A DNA stretch of 64,000 nucleotides from Candidatus Parcubacteria bacterium. GTDB taxonomy: Bacteria > Patescibacteriota > Minisyncoccia > Phycocordibacterales > JAKFXT01. A program made the position numbers and the translations under genes. The stretch lies in contig JAIOOV010000003.1 in assembly GCA_021414235.1 (NCBI GenBank), forward strand, positions 37,560 to 101,559, read 5' to 3'. This document shows, piece by piece, positions 1 to 9,275 of the stretch (positions are counted from its first letter, which is position 1; each line of letters starts with the position of its first letter). The notes under the pieces are model-generated. The model saw nothing but the letters and a program-made list of their open reading frames with translations, was not told where the DNA came from and did not search any database.

Positions 1-533
1 TTATTTTGTTTTTTTACACACTGATCGGTATTGTCCAGAGTGTAGCCACTATCGCATTCACAGCTTTTGTCAGAATTATTGTAGCTAGAATAGAGACCAA
101 ATTTCGTATGACAAACACTGTCTCCATAAGTGCATTGACCTGACGAACCGATCACATAACCATAGCTACATTTACAGGAGTTACTTAGTGAATCATAGCT
201 TGAGTTATACCCCAATTGATCATGACACATACTGTCCGCGGACACGCAGCTGTTGCCACTTACCACATAACCAAAATTACATTTACATGATGAAATACCA
301 TCGTAATAAGAGTTTGAAGGACAGGTAGGCGTAGACAATGCGGCAGAGTTGTAACTTCCATAGGACGAACCTCCACATCCACTGGTATACCCCAAGTCTC
401 CGCAGACGTAACTTCCGGTATCCGATGGGCAACTATGCCACCGATGACACCCAGATTGGTGTGCAGATACTAGGATAGGAATACAAAAAAATAACGCTAA
501 AAAGATTGCTAAATGTATTAAATTTTTACCCAT
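1..533 (-). CDS. Secreted Cys-rich protein with EGF-like repeats (runs off the window edge)
   Basis: Manually translated from ATG at 533: MGKNLIHLAIFLALFFCIPILVSA-HQSGCHRWHSCPSDTGSYVCGDLGY, followed by CKCNFGY / CKCSYGY / CECDSGY repeats. No stop before position 1, so it is absent from the ORF track. AT-rich. Confidence 0.8.
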   Translation of the reverse strand, partial: MGKNLIHLAIFLALFFCIPILVSAHQSGCHRWHSCPSDTGSYVCGDLGYTSGCGGSSYGSYNSAALSTPTCPSNSYYDGISSCKCNFGYVVSGNSCVSADSMCHDQLGYNSSYDSLSNSCKCSYGYVIGSSGQCTYGDSVCHTKFGLYSSYNNSDKSCECDSGYTLDNTDQCVKKQN

Positions 534-579
534 ACTTTAACTAGAATGGTACGCCTTTCAAGCCTTACCGCAAGCACCT

Positions 580-813
580 CTAAAGGGAGCCAGGAACGAC
601 GCTTACTTCTTCAAATTTACCTTCTAGATCAGCTATTCTTTGATCAAGACTATTAAAATCATCTTTTAAGGTTTTTAATTCCGTCTTCTGAGCCTCCAAA
701 ACTGCTGGGATTCGATAGATACAGAGACCTACGAACAATGCGAGTACCGCCCACACCGGCCAACGGATTACTCGCCACACTTTTCCTAGCCATCCCCGCA
801 GGGACATATTCAT
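580..813 (-). CDS. Small single-TM protein with coiled-coil tail
   Basis: Hydrophobic segment followed by heptad-like LKTLKDDFNSLDQRIADLE. Confidence 0.5.
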   Translation of the reverse strand: MNMSLRGWLGKVWRVIRWPVWAVLALFVGLCIYRIPAVLEAQKTELKTLKDDFNSLDQRIADLEGKFEEVSVVPGSL

Positions 814-881
814 ATCCGAATCCTACCAGGCCCAGTTATCTAAAGACCAGCTACTTCTTCACACCACCTGTCTTATTCAGA

Positions 882-1346
882 TTAGGAAGCCCTTTTCAGC
901 GCCTCTCTAGCCAAAAACTTCATCTCGGGAATGAGAGCGTACTGCGGATCTTCCAACTCTTCTTCTGTAAACCAGCGAATCTGATCATGCTCCTCTTCTG
1001 CCAGTACCATCTTGTCCGACTTAGCGCGAGCAAAGTAGGCCAGAGAGATATGCCGATGGGTGTCATTGAAATGATGGATATCCATGTATGCAGGAGTAGG
1101 CAGGAGCTTCCTGCGAGAATCCGTAGGATATCCTTCCATCCTTTTGTCTCCGATGAGCTCAATCTCAAGGCCGCATTCCTCTTTTACCTCCCGATACAAT
1201 GTCTCTTCCGGGTCCTCGTCGAGTTCAACGTGCCCGCCGACAGGAAGCCAGAGCTGAGCCTTCTTATGAAAAATCATAAGCACGCGGTTTTCAAAGACGA
1301 TCCATATCGTCACCACAAAATCAATCTTCTCGTGTATATGAGCCAT
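882..1346 (-). CDS. NUDIX hydrolase
   Basis: Nudix box GGHVELDEDPEETLYREVKEECG. Confidence 0.9.
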   Translation of the reverse strand: MAHIHEKIDFVVTIWIVFENRVLMIFHKKAQLWLPVGGHVELDEDPEETLYREVKEECGLEIELIGDKRMEGYPTDSRRKLLPTPAYMDIHHFNDTHRHISLAYFARAKSDKMVLAEEEHDQIRWFTEEELEDPQYALIPEMKFLAREALKRAS

Positions 1347-1349
1347 GCG

Positions 1350-1763
1350 TTATATCTCCCCGCTTATCTTTAAGAAAAACTCTTTGTCCTTAGGATGAGT
1401 CAGTAAATCTGCCACCTTGTCCCTAGCCACCCATCTAGCTTCAGGATTATGCGGATCGATAGGCTTCAGCTCCAGCTGGCTCGTCCTAAACAAGAACATT
1501 ATTAGCGTCTTCAACTCCGTCTGATCGTCTTCCTTGCCGTCCTTACCAATCTTGAAGCGCTGATAGCTCCCGAGGTCACGTACAAATTCAAGCTCAGTAA
1601 CACCAGACTCTTCGTGAATCTCCCTCTTGGCTGTAGTGAGCGCATCTTCCCCGTCATCAATATGTCCCTTGGGGAGCGACCAGGAGACTCCTTTCTGATT
1701 CACCACTAGAACTTCTCCCTGAGGGTTCAGCACTACTCCACCTGCGCTCTGGGTTTCTCTCAT
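1350..1763 (-). CDS. NUDIX hydrolase (Ap4A hydrolase-like)
   Basis: SAGGVV...WSLPKGHIDDGEDALTTAKREIHEESG; start moved to ATG 1763, just after the secA stop. Confidence 0.9.
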   Translation of the reverse strand: MRETQSAGGVVLNPQGEVLVVNQKGVSWSLPKGHIDDGEDALTTAKREIHEESGVTELEFVRDLGSYQRFKIGKDGKEDDQTELKTLIMFLFRTSQLELKPIDPHNPEARWVARDKVADLLTHPKDKEFFLKISGEI

Positions 1764-1765
1764 TA

Positions 1766-4288
1766 TTATTTCTTCCCTGCCATCAAGCGCTGATGCTCTT
1801 CGGTATTCAAATCTCCGCACTTCTTCCACTTCTTGCCCGATCCGCACGGACAAGGATCGTTGCGGCCAATCCTGTCTCCCTCAGGCGTGATGGCAGAAGA
1901 CGGCAGAGCAGCGCCGGAGCCGTCTTCTGCACCAATGCGCACGGCTTGCTCGTGTACTTCGCGGAGACGCGTATTCTCAGCCTCACGGAAAGCGCCAGAG
2001 GTCACGTGTACCAGGAGCTTGCGAGCCTCATCGTCGATGGACATCTCCAGAGTCTTGAAAAGGCGTAGACCCTCCTTTTTGTACTCAACCAAGGGGTCAC
2101 GCTGGCCGTAGGCGCGCAAATTGACACTGTCCCTGAGGTATTCCATCTGCTCCAAGTGATCCACCCAGAACATATCGATGGTCTGGAGGAGAAGCCGGCG
2201 TGCGCCTTCGCAGAAAGCATCCACTCCGATCTCCTCCTTCCTCTTCTCTATAGCCGCCTCGAACTCGGCGTCTCCCGCAGAGAGCATGGCCACCTCTTCG
2301 GATATCTCCTCTACAGATCCGGTCAAGAGACGATGACGGCGGGAGTAGATGGAGGTGCGCTGGTGATTGAGCACATCATCGAATTCGAGCACGTGCTTAC
2401 GAGAGTCGAAGTGGAAACCTTCGATCTTAGTCTGCGCTGCTTCGAGCGAGCGGGTGATGAGACCGTTCTCGATAGGTTCGTCCTCCGGGATGCCGAAGCG
2501 GCCCATCATCTTCTTGATGGTATCGGAAGCAAACACGCGCATGAGGTCGTCCTCAAGAGAAACGAAGAACTGTGTCTCGCCAGGATCACCCTGACGGCCG
2601 GAACGGCCGCGCAACTGGTTGTCGATACGGCGCGCCTCGTGACGCTCCGTACCGAGAACAAAAAGACCTCCGAGCGTTTTGACCTCCTCGTACTCCTCGG
2701 CTGTCGCCGGGTTCCCTCCCAGTTTGATGTCCACGCCGCGGCCTGCCATGTTGGTAGCGATGGTCACTGCGCTCTTGCGTCCCGCCTGAGCGATGATCTC
2801 ACCCTCCTTTTCGTGGTTCTTGGCGTTGAGGATGGTATGCGGCACGCCTTCCTGTCGGAGATATGCGGAGAGGAGCTCGTTCTTCTCGATGGAGACGGTG
2901 CCGATGAGGACCGGCTGCCCTTTGGCGGAGAGTTCCTTGATATGGCGAGCCACTGCACGGAACTTACCCTGTTCCGTCTGGAAGATGAGGTCGTTGTGAT
3001 CCTTGCGGATAGCCGGACGATTAGTGGGAATAGCTACCACATCGAGGCCGTAGACCTTGTAGAACTCCTCAGTAGAGGTCATGGCCGTACCCGTCATGCC
3101 CGAGAGCTTCTTGTAGAGCCTGAAATAGTTCTGGTAGGTGATGGAAGCAAAGGTACGAGACTCTTTCTGCACAGAGACACCCTCTTTAGCTTCGACTGCC
3201 TGATGGAGCCCCTCAGACCATCGGCGGCCTGGCTGTAGGCGCCCAGTGAACTCATCCACAATGACTACTTCCCCATCCTTGACCACATACTCCTTGTCCT
3301 TAGTAAAGAGCGCCTTGGCCCGCACCGCGGTCTCTAGATGGTGTACAAATTTCACCCCTCCTTCCGTATAGATATTCTCCACACCAAGGAGCTTCTCGGC
3401 TTTGGTGATGCCGGAATCCGTGAGCACGATCTGGCGACGCTTCTCATCCACTGTAAAATCCTCCTCTTTAGTGAGGCGCGAAGCGATGCCTGCAAAGGTG
3501 TGATAGAGCTGCTCGGAGTCCGAGGTGGGTGCGGAGATGATGAGCGGAGTACGTGCCTCGTCGATGAGGATGGAGTCGATCTCGTCCACCACCGCATAGT
3601 GGTGCCCCCTCTGGCGAAGCTTGCTCTGCTCATATTCCAAATTGTCGCGGAGATAGTCGAAACCAAACTCGCTATTGGTGCCATAAGTGATATCAGCCTG
3701 GTAGGCCTCGCGGCGAGTCACCGGACGTAGGAATTCGCTCACGATACGAAACGAGCCTTCTGCATCACGCTCCTTGTCGAGATCGCGATGATTGGGATCA
3801 TAGAGAAAAGAAGAGTCGTGCGCGATCACGCCGACAGAGAGCCCCAGGAAGGAATAGATCTGTCCCATCCACACTGCGTCACGACGAGAGAGATAGTCGT
3901 TCACCGTGACCACGTGCACGCCTTTGCCCGCCAAAGCATTGAGATATACCGGAAGCGTCGCCACAAGCGTCTTACCCTCGCCAGTGCGCATCTCCGCGAT
4001 GCCGCGGCGATGAAGGACTTGTCCTCCCATGAGCTGCGCATCGAAGTGACGCTGGCCCAGGGTACGCTTGCCCGCCTCCCGCACGAGTGCAAAAGCCTCC
4101 GGCAGGAGAATATCAAGATCCTCTCCCCCCTCGGCACGGACCCGGAGCGCGGCCGTCTTGTCCCGCAGGGCTCCGTCAGGCAGGGATGCTATCTCCGCCT
4201 CTAGAGCGTTGATTGTAGCCACGGCAGGGGCCAAACCGCTTACTTTGCGGGCATTTCCGTCAGTGAGACTCTGGAGCCAGGAAAACAT
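1766..4288 (-). CDS. secA: Preprotein translocase ATPase SecA
   Basis: MRTGEGKT, DEIDSILIDEARTPLIIS, QLRGRSGRQGDPG, C-terminal SEC-C motif GRNDPCPCGSGKKWKKC. Confidence 0.99.
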   Translation of the reverse strand: MFSWLQSLTDGNARKVSGLAPAVATINALEAEIASLPDGALRDKTAALRVRAEGGEDLDILLPEAFALVREAGKRTLGQRHFDAQLMGGQVLHRRGIAEMRTGEGKTLVATLPVYLNALAGKGVHVVTVNDYLSRRDAVWMGQIYSFLGLSVGVIAHDSSFLYDPNHRDLDKERDAEGSFRIVSEFLRPVTRREAYQADITYGTNSEFGFDYLRDNLEYEQSKLRQRGHHYAVVDEIDSILIDEARTPLIISAPTSDSEQLYHTFAGIASRLTKEEDFTVDEKRRQIVLTDSGITKAEKLLGVENIYTEGGVKFVHHLETAVRAKALFTKDKEYVVKDGEVVIVDEFTGRLQPGRRWSEGLHQAVEAKEGVSVQKESRTFASITYQNYFRLYKKLSGMTGTAMTSTEEFYKVYGLDVVAIPTNRPAIRKDHNDLIFQTEQGKFRAVARHIKELSAKGQPVLIGTVSIEKNELLSAYLRQEGVPHTILNAKNHEKEGEIIAQAGRKSAVTIATNMAGRGVDIKLGGNPATAEEYEEVKTLGGLFVLGTERHEARRIDNQLRGRSGRQGDPGETQFFVSLEDDLMRVFASDTIKKMMGRFGIPEDEPIENGLITRSLEAAQTKIEGFHFDSRKHVLEFDDVLNHQRTSIYSRRHRLLTGSVEEISEEVAMLSAGDAEFEAAIEKRKEEIGVDAFCEGARRLLLQTIDMFWVDHLEQMEYLRDSVNLRAYGQRDPLVEYKKEGLRLFKTLEMSIDDEARKLLVHVTSGAFREAENTRLREVHEQAVRIGAEDGSGAALPSSAITPEGDRIGRNDPCPCGSGKKWKKCGDLNTEEHQRLMAGKK

Positions 4289-4350
4289 CTACCTATGCTA
4301 GCACATTAGGCCTCACTCCCGCAGAAAAAGCGTACCTTCAGCAGAAAAGC

Positions 4351-4370
4351 AAAAACCCCCGTAAGGGGGC
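4351..4370 (-). terminator. Intrinsic terminator downstream of the Lys-rich peptide gene
   Basis: CCCC-GTAA-GGGG hairpin with a U-tract on the minus strand. Confidence 0.6.
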
Positions 4371-4400
4371 TCTTGCTTGAAGTGAGAAACCGAAGAGAAT

Positions 4401-4448
4401 TTATCTCTTCTTCTTTGCGGCCTTCTTGGCCTTTTTCTTCTTTGCCAT
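4401..4448 (-). CDS. 15-aa Lys-rich peptide MAKKKKAKKAAKKKR
   Basis: ATG 4448 to TAA 4401; own terminator, structured leader and upstream -10-like element. Confidence 0.65.
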   Translation of the reverse strand: MAKKKKAKKAAKKKR

Positions 4449-4618
4449 ATGTTTGGTAAGAACTTTTTTAATAACTTTTCGTCCGCTGCCGACCTCTCGA
4501 TTCATCCCGATGATTACAAAAATTGTAGGTACTGAGGATGAGGAGATTTTTAGAGCGAACGCTCTGTGCGTATTATCATACGCGACGCATCACACCGCAA
4601 TATTTTTTCACGCGAATG

Positions 4619-4627
4619 TGTGGATAA
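4619..4627 (-). promoter_or_regulatory. DnaA box
   Basis: Perfect TTATCCACA on the minus strand in intergenic DNA. Confidence 0.6.
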
Positions 4628-4692
4628 CTTCGTATAAAAAATAAAATAGAAAATATTTGTGCGTAAAAAAATATTTTACGCACACGTAATTT

Positions 4693-5709
4693 TTATTTCT
4701 CTATGAAGCGAACTTCAGGTTCAAGCTCGATACCGCACTCTTCACGCACGCGTCGTATCACCTCTTCCGCAAGAACTCGCACCTCTTCCGCGCGTGCACC
4801 AGGCTCTGCAACTACAACAAATGCTTGTTTTTCAAAGAGACGCACGCGGCCTAAAGCATATCCGCGTAACCCCAGCACCTTATCCATTATCCAAGCAGCC
4901 GGCACTTTGACACCCGCAGTCTCCGGCATATCAAAAAGAGGCATCGAGGGATACCGAGCTTGGAGAGCCAGCGCTTCTGCCTTAGGCAATATGGGATTCT
5001 TGAAGAAAGAACCCGCCGTTCCCTCTTTGGAGAGATCCGGGAACTTCTCACGACGGATTTGAAGTACCGCTTCGCGAATATCAATAAGAGAAGGAGAACT
5101 CTCCCCAAAACGCACCGTCAGATCCTTATACGAAAGATTCGGTTGCGACTCCCGAGAGAGAGCGAACGAAGCCGAAAGGACGATGTGCGCTCCGCCATCA
5201 TGCTTGAAGAAACTGTCCCGGTAATCGAAAGAGCAGTCCTGTACTGAAAAAGTGCGAACCTGGCCACTCTTCGTATCGAGTACCTCAGCGCTCTCCAGTA
5301 CTTCAGAGATAGCCGCTCCGTAGGCGCCGATATTCTGAACAACCGCGCCTCCTACCGAACCAGGGACACCCGAGAGGTTCTCCAAGCCCCACAATCCCCA
5401 CTCGACCGTCCGTGCGACGAGCTCATCCCAGGAAACGCCTGCACCAGCACGCACGAGAGGAACACCATCTCTCTCCTCCAGGCGTATGCCGCCCATATCC
5501 ATCTTAATGACCAATCCGCGCCAACCTTCATCAGCGATGAGCACGTTGGAGCCGCCCCCGAGGATGAACATAGGGAGATTCTTCGACGCGGCAAAACGGC
5601 AGGCCTCCTCGAGCTCCGAGAGAGTAGCGGCTTCTACGAAAAAATCAGCCTTCCCGCCGATGCGGAAGGTGGTATAGGGGGCAAGCAGTACGTCAGAGAG
5701 AAGGCGCAT
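4693..5709 (-). CDS. murB: UDP-N-acetylenolpyruvoylglucosamine reductase
   Basis: YTTFRIGG, GGGSN, QNIGAYG, GTAGSFFKNP, LEPEV. Confidence 0.97.
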   Translation of the reverse strand: MRLLSDVLLAPYTTFRIGGKADFFVEAATLSELEEACRFAASKNLPMFILGGGSNVLIADEGWRGLVIKMDMGGIRLEERDGVPLVRAGAGVSWDELVARTVEWGLWGLENLSGVPGSVGGAVVQNIGAYGAAISEVLESAEVLDTKSGQVRTFSVQDCSFDYRDSFFKHDGGAHIVLSASFALSRESQPNLSYKDLTVRFGESSPSLIDIREAVLQIRREKFPDLSKEGTAGSFFKNPILPKAEALALQARYPSMPLFDMPETAGVKVPAAWIMDKVLGLRGYALGRVRLFEKQAFVVVAEPGARAEEVRVLAEEVIRRVREECGIELEPEVRFIEK

Positions 5710-5718
5710 AGGTTACGG

Positions 5719-5787
5719 CGAGATATGGCTCCCGGGTGCTAGCTCCAAAGAATATCTAATGTGAGTGCAGCCGGGAGCCATATCTCG
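5719..5787. repeat. 17-bp perfect inverted repeat forming a long hairpin in the murB leader
   Basis: CGAGATATGGCTCCCGG (5719-5735) / CCGGGAGCCATATCTCG (5771-5787). Confidence 0.8.
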
Positions 5788-5929
5788 GCACAACTAGAGA
5801 CATGATAGCAAAAAACGCTCGGGCGCGTAAAAGCCCGCTTTCGCGGGCCTTTGCGCAGACATTCTTTTGGAGCTAACACTTGTTAGCACTCACTCATCCA
5901 TCATAGCTCAAAAGAGCCTTCCGTCAATC

Positions 5930-8089
5930 CTATTTACACTCCCTACCCGCCTGAATCTCGGTGATGTAGTAGGTCGCCTGATCTTTGTAGCTCGGTGCGA
6001 TCTCGATAAGCTTCTTGAGAGCCGCTACCGCATTCGTCCCCTGGGAAGCCTGGCAGTAGGCAGCGGCGAGCGTGAGGTAGCCTTGCGCATCGGGATTCGC
6101 TTGGATGCGGAGCTTCACCAATTCGAGCATCTTCCCGTACTGCTGCGTGTCTCCATACGCTTTCACCAGGCGGTCATCTCCTACGAACGGGGTACCGAAG
6201 CCCTCGGTAAGGACCTTGGTCGCGGTCGCATTGTCCCCCGCATAGATAAGACCCATGGCGTAGATGATGCGGGCGTCTCTAAAGCCAGGCTCGAGCTCAT
6301 ACGCCTCCTTGAAGGCAGCGACCGCTTTCGGGAAGTCCTTAGCGTTGAGATAGTTCGAACCGATTTCAAAGAGGATGGTCTGCTTGCGCGGAGAGAGTTC
6401 ATGGGCACGCTCCAGGTAGGGAACGGCTTCTTCGTGGGATCCATAGTTGTTAAGCATAGCCCCGAGGAAGAGTGGGTGGCGGGCATCGTTCGGTACTTCA
6501 CCGATCATCTTCACATATTCGGTACGGGCGAGGTCGAAGAACTCCTGCTTCACCGGAAGCGCGATATTGGCGTTCCTAAGCGCGCTAGTGCCCTGAGAGA
6601 GCTGTTCGCGGATCTCCTGGTCGCCGAAGCTTCCGTAGGCGAGCGCCTTCTTGAAGTAGCTGATATTAGTGGCCGGATCCGCCTGAGGAGAGATAGCCTT
6701 AATCAGTAGATTGCTCGCGAGTATCGGCCGCACATTGAAGAAGTAGAGTGAAGCAAACGCTGCGAGTACGATCGCAGAGACTGCCACCTGGTAGCGATAC
6801 CCTGTCTCCGGAGAAGCCGAGCGAGTATCAGAAGCCGGCAGGCTGCGCTCATGGAGATATGCGAGAAAGGCGACGAAGTAGAGATAGCTGATCAGGTTGT
6901 CGAACACAAAGAGGTTGTGCACGAAATATGCGAGAAGCATACCTGCAAGCACCGCACGTTCGGTGAACGGGAGATTGATCCTGCGGAAGAGCGCATAGAG
7001 CGCAGCGGCGAAGAGGGCGAGATAGCCGAGGAGACCGAGAGCGCCTCCGGCGATGAGCCAGTCGAAGAACACATTGTGCGTACGATCAAACCACTGCTCC
7101 TGGTCGTACATCTTGGGATCGTAGTACTTGTTGAAGACGTAATTGAAATTCTCCTGACCCCAGCCGAAGACCGGATTCTCCTTGAAGCCTTGGAAGGCCA
7201 TGTTCCAGACCAGGAAGCGGGCCTTAACCGTACCCTCCGTGAGAGAGATGGAAGCGAAGCGCTGGAGGACACTGCTCTTCTGGACAAGAGCTGTTTCCTT
7301 AAGGGCTAAGAAAGCACCTACCAAGACGAGGATGCTGACGATGGAACCGATAGCAACACGACGCAGCATGCGGTTGTCGCGTTCAAAGAGCGCGATGAGG
7401 AGCGCCGCGAAACCTACACCAGCGATAAGGCCAAGCATGGAGCCGCGGGTGCCAGTGTTGTAGAGCACGAAGATATTGAGGAGAGCGACGGCGCCATAGG
7501 CGTAGCGCACCCAGGCACCACCCTTGTGACGCAGGAAGAGGAAGGCTGCAAGGAAGATATGAAAGAGTGTGTAGACCGCGAGGTAGGTGGCATTACCGAA
7601 GGTACCATCGAGACGATCCGCGCTCTGACTGATCCCCACTGCACCAAAATACTGGAGGAATGCGTAGCCGCACATGAGCGCGTTCGCGACAAGCGACGTC
7701 TGGAACCATCTCTCCCAAAGAGCCTCACGATTAAGCACCGCTCCAAGCACCAGGAAGTAGGCGCCGAGATGGAGGAGAGTGATGTAGCCCTCCATGCGCT
7801 CGAAGTTACTCCAAAAACTCTTGGCGGGATTCTCCGCGAAGATAGTGGAGATACCCATAGTGAGGACGAGAGCGCCGAAAGAAGCCGCGATAGCGGAGAA
7901 GCGCGGACGGTACGTGACATCGCGAAGCGCGAGCACCGCCCAGAGCGCGAGCATGATCTCTATAAGAGCGCGGAAAGCGAAATTCTTACCAGTGATGTAC
8001 GGGAAGAAGAGCGAGGGAGTGACGATGAAGGAGATGAACGGTACGGCAAAGAGTCCGGTAAGGAGAGCGTAACGAAGGTAGCGATTCAT
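5930..8089 (-). CDS. O-antigen ligase / O-oligosaccharyltransferase family membrane protein with C-terminal TPRs
   Basis: Multi-TM; GTFGNA, TGTRGS, FGWGQENF, DRTHNVFFD (Wzy_C-type motifs); TPR-like tail. Confidence 0.88.
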   Translation of the reverse strand: MNRYLRYALLTGLFAVPFISFIVTPSLFFPYITGKNFAFRALIEIMLALWAVLALRDVTYRPRFSAIAASFGALVLTMGISTIFAENPAKSFWSNFERMEGYITLLHLGAYFLVLGAVLNREALWERWFQTSLVANALMCGYAFLQYFGAVGISQSADRLDGTFGNATYLAVYTLFHIFLAAFLFLRHKGGAWVRYAYGAVALLNIFVLYNTGTRGSMLGLIAGVGFAALLIALFERDNRMLRRVAIGSIVSILVLVGAFLALKETALVQKSSVLQRFASISLTEGTVKARFLVWNMAFQGFKENPVFGWGQENFNYVFNKYYDPKMYDQEQWFDRTHNVFFDWLIAGGALGLLGYLALFAAALYALFRRINLPFTERAVLAGMLLAYFVHNLFVFDNLISYLYFVAFLAYLHERSLPASDTRSASPETGYRYQVAVSAIVLAAFASLYFFNVRPILASNLLIKAISPQADPATNISYFKKALAYGSFGDQEIREQLSQGTSALRNANIALPVKQEFFDLARTEYVKMIGEVPNDARHPLFLGAMLNNYGSHEEAVPYLERAHELSPRKQTILFEIGSNYLNAKDFPKAVAAFKEAYELEPGFRDARIIYAMGLIYAGDNATATKVLTEGFGTPFVGDDRLVKAYGDTQQYGKMLELVKLRIQANPDAQGYLTLAAAYCQASQGTNAVAALKKLIEIAPSYKDQATYYITEIQAGRECK

Positions 8090-8159
8090 ACGAAAAAGTG
8101 AAGAAGATTAAGGCGACGCGTACGGAAGCCACTATACCAAGGCGGGATTGCTAAGACAA

Positions 8160-9275
8160 TTAAAGCAAAGCCTCGGCTTCTCGGATAACTTCTTTGGGGG
8201 TAACAGCTTCCGCCTGTCGGCGAGCCTCCTCCAAATTAAATACAGCAGCGTTCATGATATGAAGCATCGGCCGCTCCCGCTGCGGCACCACCACCCGATG
8301 CTTCACACCCTGCGGCGGCTGCTCATTCTCATCCATGGGACCCACGATATCTACCGTAGGGATGCCGAACGCCTCTGCGATATAGATCGGACCAGTGTCG
8401 ACACTGATGAAGAGCGAGAGTTCCCCGATGACCGCCTTCAGCTCTTCGAGCGAAAGCTTGTTTGAAAGATCAATAAGAGGAAGAGATGAGGGAAGAGCGG
8501 AGCGCATCGCCCGGACTTCCTCTGCGTCCCCCGCTCCTCCGATGAGGACGATGCGTCTGCCCGGGCGTTCTCCGAGCGCCTGAGCGACCTCCGCGAAACG
8601 CGCGCCTCCCCAGACCTTGGCCTTGTTCCCTACTCCGGGAGCGATTCCTATAAGCTTCTCGCCGCTCACCCCGGGAACCTCGAGCATGTACTTGGCATGA
8701 GTAGTCGCTTCTTCAGATACATATAGTTCTTTGCGCGTATCCTCAGAAAATATACCGAGCGGTTCAAGCAGACGCAGATATTCTCGCGGAGCGTAGGAGC
8801 CCATATGGTGCGGCGCCGTATCCACGGAACGCGCGAGGAAGCGATATGAGAGGGTCTCATACGGCGACCAGCCGTTCTCGATACGCGGCACGATGACCTG
8901 AGATACACGTGCGAAAAGAAGAGCTTGGAGCGACTCGTTGTCGGGGCCGGGCAGAATAGCTGCGTCCGGCTGTATCTTTGAAATAGACTCTATGAGAGCA
9001 GAGAGACCCGGCGGACGGACCAGATATTCATTGATGTGAGGATTCCCAGCGAGAAGTTCTTTATTCAGCGCATTCCCCATCACATACAGTGCGCATCTCG
9101 GATAACGCTCCTTGATCGCACGGAAGAGCGGCGTCGTGCAGACCATATCTCCCATCTTGGCTCCCTGGATCACCAGGATGCGCTGCGGATCCCCCGCTTT
9201 CTTTCTTCGGAAGAGGTAGACGAAGCTCGCCGCAAGAGCGAGCAGCCCATTCTGAACGCGGGTCAGGAAGATCAT
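8160..9275 (-). CDS. Glycosyltransferase family 9
   Basis: KMGDMVCTTP and ISVDTGPIYIAEAFG motifs. Confidence 0.88.
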   Translation of the reverse strand: MIFLTRVQNGLLALAASFVYLFRRKKAGDPQRILVIQGAKMGDMVCTTPLFRAIKERYPRCALYVMGNALNKELLAGNPHINEYLVRPPGLSALIESISKIQPDAAILPGPDNESLQALLFARVSQVIVPRIENGWSPYETLSYRFLARSVDTAPHHMGSYAPREYLRLLEPLGIFSEDTRKELYVSEEATTHAKYMLEVPGVSGEKLIGIAPGVGNKAKVWGGARFAEVAQALGERPGRRIVLIGGAGDAEEVRAMRSALPSSLPLIDLSNKLSLEELKAVIGELSLFISVDTGPIYIAEAFGIPTVDIVGPMDENEQPPQGVKHRVVVPQRERPMLHIMNAAVFNLEEARRQAEAVTPKEVIREAEALL

